Positions 1-11,349 of a stretch of DNA of 64,000 nucleotides are shown here, piece by piece (positions within the stretch are counted from its first letter, which is position 1; each line of letters begins with the position of its first letter). The DNA lies in the NCBI GenBank assembly GCA_043228905.1, contig JBHGNT010000006.1, positions 8,680,001-8,744,000 on the forward strand. Direction: 5' to 3'. The position numbers and the translations under genes were made by a program. The stretch is from Azolla caroliniana. Taxonomy: Eukaryota; Plantae; Polypodiophyta. Below the pieces are notes generated by a model. The model did not search any database and was not told the origin of the DNA. It was given only the letters and a program-made list of their open reading frames with translations.

Positions 1-1024
1 CGTCACCTCGACGTGCCACTTGAGGGGGAGAACAGTCCCAAACGACCAAGCAAGGCAGCAGGAAAGGAGCGGAGACCGCGACACCACTGAGTCGGTTGAT
101 TCGGTTGTCGAGTTCGACTTCGGATCGGTTGAAGAAGCCGAGGGCGGACCCACGGAAAAGTTCAGAAGCGGACAGAAGGGGAGCAGCCGAAGGAGAGAGC
201 CGAAGCCAACCATGCATGGGGAAGATGACACCATCGAGGGCGAGAAGACCGAAGACAAGTTGGAGACGGCCAACTCGGACGAGAGCGAAAACTGATCGGA
301 GGTAGCCGAGTCGGTTCGGATGTTTGATTCAGATACGCTGAATCAACCGAGGCCCAAGCGGAAGAAAAGGCAGCAGAAGAAGCGTCAACACCGCAACAAC
401 AGAAGAGCTGATAAGGGCCACATGAGCAAACAAGCCGACCGGAAGGGTCGAAGCGCGTGGAGTCGAACAGGTCGTGGAGCGTGAGCGAGGCGTGAAGCCA
501 GGAGGAACCAGAGTTGTGAGCCCGAAGATCCCGAAGAGCCTCAAGTTGAGCTTGAGGGGGAGTGTTGAGAGACAAGCTCAACATCGGCCGGATCGGCCGA
601 AGAAGCCGAGGACCGGATCGGTTGGGACCAATCGGTTAGGCCGAATGCGTAAACCGGTACGCAGACCGGTGCGTAGGTAGGGCCGGATCGGTGCGTAAAC
701 CGGGAGGCCGTTAGGAAAGATATTCCGTGAGGAATATATTTGGGAGTTAGTGTAGGAGCTCTTAATGAGCATTGAAGAACTGTCAGTACTTCGGTCAGTC
801 CTTCTAGGACTTGTATAAAAGTGTTCATTGAACACACATATGTATAGAGTGTGGTGTATAGAGATTGAGTACCCCTTTTTGAATATAGTTCTTGTTTTTC
901 CTCTCTCTCTCTCACTCTCTATGTCTCTCCCACGTATACTGCGTAAGCTCAAGCTCTCCATTAAACCTGAGTTTTCTTCCTTCTGTTCGGTCTTCATACT
1001 TGCTTCCGCACGTTACTTTTTACA
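1..1024 (+). mobile_element. 3' end of a Ty1/Copia LTR retrotransposon (pol tail, PPT 549-562, 3' LTR 563-1024)
   Basis: Start reads ...HLDVPLEGE, like the end of Copia A RNase H. PPT GAGCTTGAGGGGGAG is followed by TGTTGAGA...TTTTTACA. Both LTR termini resemble those of Copia A. Confidence 0.8.
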
Positions 1025-1150
1025 TACACTAATTTCCTATAAAATGTAAATGAAAATAATATCCTACGTATTACAATAGATGATCTAATGGTCAAGAGCT
1101 CAACCCATATAACCTAAGGTCATGGGTTTGAGTCTTACCATATCATGACA
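1025..1150 (-). repeat. 5' part of a chromovirus (F/G family) LTR, interrupted by the Copia on its left
   Basis: Reverse complement reads TGTCATGATATGGTAAGACTCAAACCCATGACCTTAGG..., matching the LTR starts at 33462, 36607, 56992 and 62256. Confidence 0.85.
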
Positions 1151-2832
1151 GGAGATTGCCAGTTGTTCCTGGTGCTTTGCACAACAGGTCGTGAGTGGGG
1201 AGCATTCACCATTTAGACATGTAGTCATTTCCAGGGATGGAATGTTGGTCCAAATCCAAGAGTGGAGTTTGTGGGCTTTCCGGTGAGCTTCAATCATCCC
1301 TTCCTGATTCTCATAGAAATAGAAGAATCCTAGAGTTAGTTGGGTGTCTATGATAGTCCGTAGGTGGATGTGGCAGAGATGAGGTTCCTCTTCATCCATG
1401 GTGCACCAAAACTCTATGTTATTCCAATGCTTCTTTAGTTTGTTCAGGAGGGCGTCATCTCTTATTTTAGTTACAAAACAGACTGCTTGACTACATAGGG
1501 TATCTTTGATCTTGGACTTGGACCAATCCTCTTGTGCTGGAAGCAAGAGTGGAAAAGAGATTGAGGTCATCGGTACTCCATTCTTGTGGACCGCCGATAC
1601 ATGTACCCTTATTCTGTCCACTGTCGTATGCCCTATACCTAGCCATTTCAGGGCATTTTGCGGGTATGGTTCAAGGTCCTAGCTAGATGTATCACACTCA
1701 TTTATGTATGGGAAGGTTATGATCTGAGGTGTGATATTCACACTACTGCCTTGGTTTGTTGTTTCTCCATTGGGTGCAGTTCCGTTAAAGCTCCGCATTA
1801 GGGTCTTAACATGACTAATCCTTTGCCGCTTCCCTGTTTTGTAAGCTTTAACGAGGATTTTCTCTTGTGTGTTTGGAGTCACCCTGGGCCTTTCCTTGGG
1901 GCTTAAGAAAGAACTAGGGGAGTGTTCATCTGTGGGGGGGAGCTCTTGTAGTAGATCAAAACGATTAGGGCTAACTAGCGATGAAGGATGTTGTGACTGT
2001 GGAGTTTTATGTAGGACATGGGTTTTCCCCACCACTCGCCATTCCATCATAGCCTTATCGGGTTGTGGTGGGGGGGGCTTCTCATGGCCTATGGTGCCAT
2101 GACCTTCTCGAGTCTCCTTGGAGGGATTTTTAGTGCCTCTCGTGGGGCAGTTCTTTCTTAAATGACCAAATTTTAATCCGCGTTGTTCAATCCGCATTCC
2201 ATTTTTTCCAAGAATGAGAACCTTAGAAGGAAGTTTGTCGATGTACGGCACCAAAAGGCGTATAGAGGGAGGGCCTAGTTGCTTCTTTAGCTTGTCCACT
2301 AGCATTAGGTCGTCGTCCAACATCATACCAAAGGAGTTTCCAATAGTGGGAAGTAATATGTTGTATTCTAAGGATAAACCAGGAAACAACATTGTTACCT
2401 TTTTCATGGAGTCATCGTGTTGCGCAACCTTCTTTGGGTTAAAACCATGTGTCCATTTACGCATGAATAACCATGTGTTTCGGATCTGGTAGGGAGACAT
2501 TGCTATGAGTTTCGCTACAACATCCTTGTCCTCTAGGACGATTTGATAGAGAATTGGACTTCCTTTATTCCACCTACTTGTGCATGGTACTTGCCTTGCA
2601 ACATATCTTTTAGTAAGCGTCTATTTGGGCGGGAGCCCACCACGTGGCATATAACCGCGATTTGCTCAAGGCGATCTATCTCCTGCTCCAATAGTAACAT
2701 TTCTTCGCTAGTGAAACTAATCTCAACAGGACTCTCGCTACATGGGATGTATTTATCTTTCATTTTCTCTTTATCAAAAGAGGGGCCTATGAGAGGTGTG
2801 TGTTTAGTATTGGCGATGTCCGGTGCTTCCAT
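1151..2832 (-). pseudogene. L1-type LINE ORF1 relic (DUF4283/RRM-like region, zinc knuckle, C-terminal extension)
   Basis: AVICHVVGSRPN, WLFMRKWTHGFNP, FPGLSLEY and the degenerate knuckle KFGHLRKNCP are typical of plant LINE ORF1. ORFs 1679-2500 and 1100-1621 share a frame across one TAG; 2533-2832 is frameshifted. Confidence 0.65.
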
Positions 2833-2915
2833 GCTTGAGACAATCTTCTATTTTTTTAAATTTTTGTTTTTGTAAATAATTTAAATATATAAATTTTGAG
2901 TTTTTAATATATTTA

Positions 2916-3360
2916 GGAAAGTGCTATTTGCCCCCCATTTTGGCTATCCCCCCCCCCCCCCCCCCCCCCATTTGTTTTACAATTTATGATAGTTCTCACC
3001 TCGTTCAGCAACATGTCTCAACAAGCGTCTTTAGCGTCAATTATCGATAAAACCTTGACCGAGAGAGGGGCTTTGATCAGTTTTATCAAGTGGTGGTGAC
3101 TAGGAAGCGAGGTCGCCCTACAAGGTCGAAGAACAAAAAGGCCAACCAAAGGGAGAAGTCACTATTTGAGTACTCTACCAGTCGCAAATGTTCCAAATGT
3201 GGGCAAGCTGGTCACAATGCACGCATTTGCGATATGTGAGAATCTGAGCTATGCCGAGTTTATTAATTAATTAATAAACAATTTCATTTGGTTATATTAG
3301 GTTCTATAAATTTAGGGGGGGGGGGGGTTAGCCAAAATGGGGGGGCAAATAACGCTTTCC
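2916..3360 (+). mobile_element. Non-autonomous Mutator-like (MULE) deletion derivative
   Basis: TIRs GGAAAGTGCTATTTGCCCCCCATTTTGGCTA / TAGCCAAAATGGGGGGGCAAATAACGCTTTCC; 8-bp TSD TATATTTA. Internal remnant VTRKRGRP...RKCSKCGQAGHNARIC* resembles a MULE transposase C-terminus. Confidence 0.8.
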
Positions 3361-4902
3361 TATATTTATTTTTAATTGACTTTAATTATTAATTAATTAA
3401 ATTTTTTAAATTATGGGGGAGGGGGGGTTGCCCACTCGAACCCTTGAGTTTAATATATGTATTTTTAATTTACTTTAATTATTAATTAATTTTTTAATTT
3501 TATTAATTTTATTTTATTTCGAAATTTTGGGGGGTACTCATCAAACTGTGTGTGTGTGTGGGGGAGAAGGGGGGGGGGGGGGGGGCACTCCTGCTGGGGT
3601 GTAACCCTAACGATTGTGCGCGGTGACGACGGCGGTGAGGGGGGGGGTGTGCCGACGACCACCACCTTGTGTGCCCTCCACTTTGTGTTGTCAGGTGGGC
3701 GCGCTTTTGCTTCCGCTCCGGCTCTTGCTCTGTTCCCGGTGGTCGCTGCTCCTGCTCCTCTAAAACTCAGTGTTCCTTTCTCTTTTTCTTTTTCTGTTTT
3801 CTGATAGATCCCTCTTTTAATATTTTATTAGAATGGGGAGGGACATTTTGAGAACATAAACCCCAACCACCCCTCCCAAATCACTGACCCTTTTTCATTG
3901 GTGTCAAGTTCTTAAGGCATGGGGGAGAAGAGTGCGTAGAGGAAGGTCAACCAAGATTGGAGCCTAGGCTCGATGACATGTAGCAACAGGCCCAAAGTGT
4001 TGGGATAACAGGTTCCTTCGGATAGGAAGAAGAGAGCAAAATGAATCGAGGAAACTAGGGTGATTCAATACCGAAATCGATTTCAATTTAATAGCCGATT
4101 CAGGAGACTATATTTGTAAATAGTCTGAATGTGCCCCTGGTGGGCTATGTATGTAAATAGCCAGATAGTTGTATAACTATAATTTATACAACTAGGGCAA
4201 ACTTTATAAGTAACACCAGGTCATTTAGAATAGGTAATATGTCGCATTCCTTTATTGATAAATACATGAGATGTCAAGAATTACTATTTTTTAACAAACT
4301 TTCAAGAATGTACCACGCATGTGCACATGACTTTTAAAACCATCATTCAAAAACACAGTTAAGATTATCAAGATTTCAAATTTAAACTATATTTTCTCAA
4401 TTCATACACAAATTTATCGTAATATTAGGTTAGATTACGGGAATGCTTCCAAATGTAATTGTAATATGCTTCACTTTACACAATATTTGTGAAAGATTGC
4501 TTGCGGAAGCGTTAGAAAGAACAATACACAAGGAGAGAGAGAGAGTAAGCAAGAGAGACAGAGAGAGAGCAAGACACACTAATTTTCAAAATTATATGAA
4601 AACTCTGTGCTCTGTATCTACAACGCGTTCATCAGCGCTATTTATACAAGTCCACACAGGACTGTTAGAAGTACGGTGTACTTCAATGCTCACACGAGCA
4701 TCTGACACTAACTACGAGACTATAACTGCCTAGTAGTCTAACCTATACTAGGCTTCCGGTTACGGATTGCATCTGGCATACCTGTTCCTCTTGCTTACCG
4801 GTCCTTACTGCTTACCGGCTCGGTTGCTCACCGGCATACCGATTCCTCTTGCTTACCGGCTTAGGCTTATTCAATCGATCCGGCTCTGGTTGAGCTTGCC
4901 GC

Positions 4903-5950
4903 TCAACACTCCCCCTCAAGCTCAACCTGAGGTAGGGTCCTAGTGTCAACCTCTGTGGCATCTGGTTCTTCCAACCGACTTCTCCTGGCGTCGCTTCGCC
5001 TTGCTCGCGCTCCTTGTCTAGTCCGGTTCCGTTTGCCGCGACCCCTTTGGTTCTGCGCGCCTCGACCTTTGGCATGTCTACTCAATAGGCCCATCTCAGC
5101 TCCTTTGCTGCTATGACTCCGGCGCTTGCCGATCCGTCGGTTCCACCGTGATGGCATCGACTTCCGTTGCGTCTGTGTCTCCTTGGCCTTCTGTTGATCC
5201 GACTCATCCGGATCCGTCTGTTGATCTGAGTCGGCTGTCTCCGACTGGTTCCAGCTCTTGTCTGAATTGGTATCCTCCAATTCGATTTTCGGCTTCAGGC
5301 CTCTCACCACATCAAACCACGTCTGGGTCTTGTCCCTCTCCGTGCTTCCCTTGGCTTCTTTAGCCGGTTCACCGACTTGTTCGGATGTGCCGACTTCCTT
5401 CATCGACTCGGCTTCATTTTTCTTATTGTCTCCACCTCTACCGGTTCTTCTCTTACCTACGGGTTCAACAGTTTTTTTGCCTTTGCCCGTTTCGATAGTT
5501 TCTTTGCCCTTGCGTCTCCCCCTCAAGTGCGGCACATCGAGATGCTGAACACCAAGCATTTTGGTAAAGTGCTGCAACTTGTCCGAGCCAAGCGGCTTGG
5601 TGAAGATATCGGCAATTTGCCGATCCTTGTGAAAATACCGTAGTTCAATTTCACCGCTCACGCACGAAGTGATAATGCAGTTCTATGTGCTTTGTGCGAG
5701 CATGGAACACAGGGTTCTTGGGGAGCTGCATGTTGTTGAGGTTATCGCAGTAGATCAGGATCGGGGTCGGTACCTCGATCCGCAGGTCTTGTAGTAGTCG
5801 CCGAAGCCAAATGGCTTCGTAGGTGGCAACGGTCGCGCCCCGGTATTCAGCCTTAGTGCTGGATAGAGCCACTGTTGGCTGCTTTTTGCTGCTCCACGTA
5901 ACAGCCGTGCTCCCAAGAGAAAACATAAAGCCGGAGGGGATCGTCGTGTC
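4903..5950 (-). pseudogene. Copia A RNase H end plus a ~200-aa charged tail
   Basis: SKKQPTVALSSTKAEY, IYCDN, RTKHIELHYHFVRE and QIADIFTKPL, then an open frame that runs into the PPT/LTR. Confidence 0.85.
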
Positions 5951-5955
5951 GCCAG

Positions 5956-8900
5956 TGTTGGGATTACGGTCCCTCCGGATGGGATGGTTGGATGTCCGGG
6001 AATCGGGAATGAAGACCCGGTTCCGGAGCCGGATGATGAAGACTCGGTTCCGGATCCGGATGATGAAGACCCCGGCTACGGAGCCGAATGATGAAGACCC
6101 CGGCTACGGAGCCGGATGACGAATGTACCCGGAGAGAGATCCGGATGCGGGGACATATTTGTGAATATGTTTGCCAAGGCCCCTTTGAGGCTATATTTGT
6201 AAATAGCCCGAAAGTCATATGTGTATAAATATGACTTAGGGCAAACAGTTTTGGTGTTGTTGCTCGTTTTTCTGTTTTCCACTTAGAAAGAGTGAAGAGA
6301 GCAGCCGAGAGAGAGACAGAGAGAGAGAGAGAGACGAAGAGGTCGTTGCCTCTGTGTATTACCGCCGCCTGTGGCGAAGACAGTGAGCTCAAGGTTGTTG
6401 CCTTGTAGCTTCACCATTGTACATCTCTGTTTATAGTGATAGTTGGAGTTTGAGGACTCCCGTGGTTTTTCCCGTCTAGGGTTTTCCACGCTAAACCCTG
6501 TGCATTCGAGTCTCTCTCTGTGTTTTCGATTTACTGCTGCATTGATTCGTGTTTCCTCGGTTGTGGCCGAGAGGTGAAGGAGTTGGAAAGCGCCAACTTC
6601 CTAACAATCTGGTATCAGAGCGACTGCAGTGCAGAAAATGGAAGGCGGCAGCAGCGGGCAGCCGGGGATGATGGTGCTGAATGCGCAGAACTACGCCGAC
6701 TGGAAGATAAAGATGGAGGATCTGCTCATTGTTCGGGACCTGTATGAACCGATCGACAGGTCGGAAATACCCAAGGGGGTACTTGAGACGGAATGGAGGC
6801 TTCTGAACCGGAAAGCCGTTGCAACCATTCGGCAATACGTCGACGTGAGCGTTCTACAACATGTGGCGAACGACACCAACGCATATGAGAAGTGGCAGAA
6901 GCTATCGGGCCTCTACGAGAGGAAGAATGCGTTGAACCGGACCTCCCTGATGAGGAAGATAGTGAACCTCAAGTACCGGGACGGCGAGAGTATGGTGGAA
7001 CACGTAAGCAAGTTCATGGGATTCGTGAACCAGCTTGCGGCGATCAAGTTCCCATTGGAGGATGCAATGCAAGCCATCATGCTGATGTGTACATTGCCGG
7101 AAAGCTGGGAGAACTTGGTGGTGACTCTCAGCACCTCCTGCACCGAAGATAACTTGTCCCTACAAACGGTAAAGACAAGCATTTTGAACGAAGAAGCGCG
7201 TTGGAGAGATAAAGAACCGGCCTCCGATCCGAAGATGCTGCTTACCGAATCGGATCGGGGAAGACAACGGAACCGGAGTCCGCAAAGACGGGAGAAGTCG
7301 GGGACCCGGTCGCAGTCAAGAGGAAGGCCCACATGCTTCCACTGTGGGAAGCCGGGGCACTTCCGAAAGAATTGTCGGCATTACCGAAAAGACAACGGAG
7401 CCGACGACACCGATTCGAAGAAGTCTTCGGAACGGAACGGTGCTTACCGGGGAGCCACGGACCGGAATGGTTTGGATCGGCGAGGGCAGGACCGGAAAGG
7501 AACGACGGCACTCGCGGCAAGTGAAGAGGAGATCATGCTCATCACCGAAGAAGGTGAACTAAACATTGCCGGCGATGAGACTACCTGGGTGGTCGATTCC
7601 GGAGCGTCGTTCCACCTGACCCCGGAAAGAAGATACTTCTCATCCTACACAACCGGTGAGCATGGCTGTGTTCGGATGGGAAATGAAGGTACGTGCCGGA
7701 TTGCCGGCATAGGAGACGTGTGGTTGACAACCTCGATCGGATGCAAAATGTTGCTGAAGGATGTCCGACACGTTCCGGAGGTTCGATTGAACCTGATTTC
7801 GGCCGGGAGGCTAGACGATGAAGGCTACACGGGTAGCATCCGGAACGGTGTCATGAAGTTCAGCAAAGGGAGCCTGATAGTGGCTCGGGCCCGGAAGGTC
7901 AACACACTGTACCTGATGAATTCCCGGCTATGTCCGGAGGAGCTGAACGTGGCAGCTGACACTGCCGGTGAGCTGTGGCACAAGAGACTGTGCCACATGA
8001 GCGAGAAGGGGATGAAGAGGCTTGCCGAAGACAACCTGATACCGGTAAAGCACGTACACCTGGGGAAGTGTACCGACTGTCTGGCCGGTAAGCAAAACCG
8101 GACCTCCTTCCGCTCAAGACCACCGATGAGACGTAGTGTACCATTGGAGTTGGTACACACTGATGTGTGTCAGGTAGAAACGAAGTCACATGGCGGAGCC
8201 CAGTACTTCGTAACATTCATAGATGACCATAGCCGGAAGCTGTGGACGGCACCGTTGAAGACAAAGGACCAAGTATTGTCCGTCTTCAAAGAACTCCACG
8301 TGAGAGTGGAAAGGGAATCCGGCAAGAAGCTGAAAGCGATACGAGCGGATAATGGAGGGGAATACCGGGGGCAATTCGAGGAGTACTATCGCTCGAAGGG
8401 AATCCGGCTCGAGTTTACTGTGCCGAAGACGCCGGAACTGAACGGGCTGGCCGAGAGGATGAACTGGACCATAATGGAGAGGGTCCGGAGTATGCTGGCG
8501 CATGCGAAATTACCCAAGGGGTTTTGGGCTGAGGCAATGTCGACGGCGACATACGTGATAAACAGATCACCCTCAGTACCTTTGGACGGAGACACGCCGC
8601 AGAGAGTGTGGACCGGTAGGGAAGTATCCTACCGGCATCTGAAGGTGTTCGGGTGTCTCGCATATGTGCATGTGGCAAAGGACCGGAGAGGAAAGCTAGA
8701 TCCAAAGACCCGGCCATGCATATTCCTCGGTTACGGCGATGACGTGTTCGGCTACCGAGTATGGGACCCGGTCGACAAAAAGATATTATAGAGTCGTGAT
8801 ATCATCTTCATGGAGGACAAGACACTCGCCGACTGGGAGTCGGAGAAGAAGATGAAGAGCTCCAAGTCGACCGGTGAGGATCAACTCTACGAGGAGCAGT

Positions 8901-11344
8901 CCCGACCGGCAAGGGACCGGTTAGCACTCGAGGATCCGGCCGAAGACGGTGAAGAAACAGAACCGGCCGAGGAAGATGCAACTGATACCAGAACCGGCCC
9001 CGATCCCGGAATGGATTCGGATGAAGAGGAAACGGAGGAGCCGGTTACCGAAGCTCCGGAACGGAGATATCCTCTAAGAGAGAGAAGGGCCCCCCGGAGA
9101 TTTCCGGAACTAGAGCACGTGCTGCTAACCGACGAGGGGGAGCCGGAGAGTTTTGAAGAAGCAAAGCTTGACACCCATAGCCGCAGGTGGTTAAGTGCCA
9201 TGCAGGAGGAGATGGATTCCCTGCATGAGAACCACACGTATGAACTTCTGGAGTTGTCGAAAGGAAAGCGGGCACTTCGAAACAAGTGGGTGTTCAAGCT
9301 GAAACCGGGAGATGCCGGAAACCCCCCGAGATACAAAGCCAGGATCGTGGTGAAGGGGTACCAGCAGAAGAAGGGCGTCGACTTCGACGAGATATTTGCC
9401 CCGGTAGTGAAGATGACCTCCATCCGGACGGTGCTGAGCATAGCGGCAAGCATGGACCTCGAGGTAGAACAGATGGACGTGAAGACGGCATTCCTTCACG
9501 GTGACCTCGAAGAAGAGATCTACATGCAGCAACCGGAAGGATTCGAGAAGAAAGGGAAGGAGCACCTGGTATGCCGGTTGAAGAAGAGCCTTTACGGACT
9601 GAAGCAGGCTCCCCGGCAATGGTATCGGAAGTTCGACTCTTTCATGACCGACGAAGGGTACCACAAAACGCAGTCCGATCACTGCGTGTTTGTGAAGAAG
9701 TTCGAAGGAGGAGACTTTCTAATACTCCTCCTGTACGTGGACGACATGTTGATCGTCGGACGGGACCAGGTCAAGATACGGATGCTGAAGAAAGCGCTTC
9801 ACCGAACCTTCTCAATGAAGGACCTGGGTCCGGCGAGGCAAATACTAGGGATGCACATCATCCGGGACCGGAAGAAGAAGCAGTTGTGGCTGTCACAGGA
9901 GAAGTACGTGACAAAGGTGCTTCACCGGTTCAACATGTCGGAAGCAAGACCGGTCAGGTCAACCCTCCGGGCAAACTGCAAGTTGTCCAGCAAGCAAAGC
10001 CCCAAGACAAAGGCTGAGAAGGAGGACATGATGAAAGTACCATATGCCTCTGCCGTCGGAAGCTTGATGTACGCAATGGTGTGTACAAGACCGGACATAG
10101 GATATGCAGTCGGAGTGGTGAGCCGGTACATGAGCAATCCCGGCAAAGAACACTGGAACGCGGCCAAGTGGATACTCCGATACCTGAAGGGAACGACAAA
10201 CGTGTGCCTCCGATTCGGCTCCGGTAAGCCCGAACTCGACGGCTTTACCGATTCGGATATGTCGGCTGATGCAGATACCAGCCGGTCCACATCAGGGTAT
10301 GTGATGACGTATGCAGGGGGAGCTGTTTCGTGGCAGTCGAGGCTGCAGAAGACGGTTGCACTGTCAACCACGGAGGCGGAGTACATGACGGTTGTTGAAG
10401 CCGGCAAGGAAATGATATGGATGAAGGACTTCATTAGAGAGCTCGGTATCCGGCAGGAGGAGTACCGACTCTACTGCGACAGTCAGAGTGCCATCCACCT
10501 TGCGAAGAACGCGGCCTATCACTCCCGGACGAAGCACATCCAGCGAAGATATCACTAGATCCGGGAAAGGATAGAAGACCAGCAGTTCGTGCTGACGAAG
10601 ATCCACACTGACGAGAACGGGTCAGATATGCTGACCAAAGTGCTCACATCCGACAAGCTGGAAGCGTGTCGGAAGAGGGTCGGACTGGAAAGACATCCCA
10701 TGCCGAAGTGAAGGGGGAGTTTGTTGGGATTACGGTCCCTCCGGATGGGATGGTCGGATGTCCGGGAATCGGGAATGAAGACCCGGTTCCGGAGCCGGAT
10801 GATGAAGACCCGGTTCCGGATCCGGATGATGAAGACCCCGGCTACAGAGCCGAATGACGAATGTACCCGAAGAGAGATCCGGATGGGGGGACATATTTGT
10901 GAATATGTTTGCCAAGGCCCCTTTGAGGCTATATTTGTAAATAGTCCGAAAGTCATATGTGTATAAATATGACTTAGGGCAAACAGTTTTGGTGTTGTTG
11001 CTCGTTTTTCTGTTTTCCACTTAGAAAGAGTGAAGAGAGCAGCCGAGAGAGAGACAGAGAGAGAGAGAGAGACGAAGAGGTCGTTGCCTCTGTGTATTAC
11101 CGCCGCCTGTGGCGAAGACAGTGAGCTCAAGGTTGTTGCCTTGTAGCTTCACCATTGTACATCTCTGTTTATAGTGATAGTTGGAGTCTGAGGACTCCCG
11201 TGGTTTTTCCCGTCTAGGGTTTTCCACGCTAAACCCTGTGCATTCGAGTCTCTCTCTGTGTTTTCGATTTACTGCTGCATTGATTCGTGTTTCCTCGGTT
11301 GTGGCCGAGAGATGAAGGAGTTGGAAAGCGCCAACTTCCTAACA
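5956..11344 (+). mobile_element. Copia B: young full-length Ty1/Copia element nested in Copia A (LTRs 5956-6606 and 10722-11344)
   Basis: Near-identical LTRs (5' copy has one extra ~27-bp unit); PBS TGGTATCAGAGCG at 6610; PPT GAAGTGAAGGGGGAG; perfect TSD GCCAG at 5951-5955 and 11345-11349. Confidence 0.97.
6638..10711 (+). pseudogene. Copia B gag-pol polyprotein in one frame, broken only by TAG stops at 8789 and 10556
   Basis: CFHCGKPGHFRKNC, WVVDSGASFH, integrase HHCC and DDE, LLYVDDMLI, RNase H FTDSD..TEAEY..CDSQSA; the frame continues past each stop. Confidence 0.95.
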
Positions 11345-11349
11345 GCCAG

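Noticed and set aside
2947-3650. Poly-C/poly-G runs and GA microsatellites as independent features
   Set aside because: They are parts of MULE subtermini, the probable LINE 5' region or LTRs; no separate signal.
3361-4487. Left terminus of the MTase/Sola-like transposon
   Set aside because: No partner TIR or TSD is available because the right end is lost, so no boundary can be supported.
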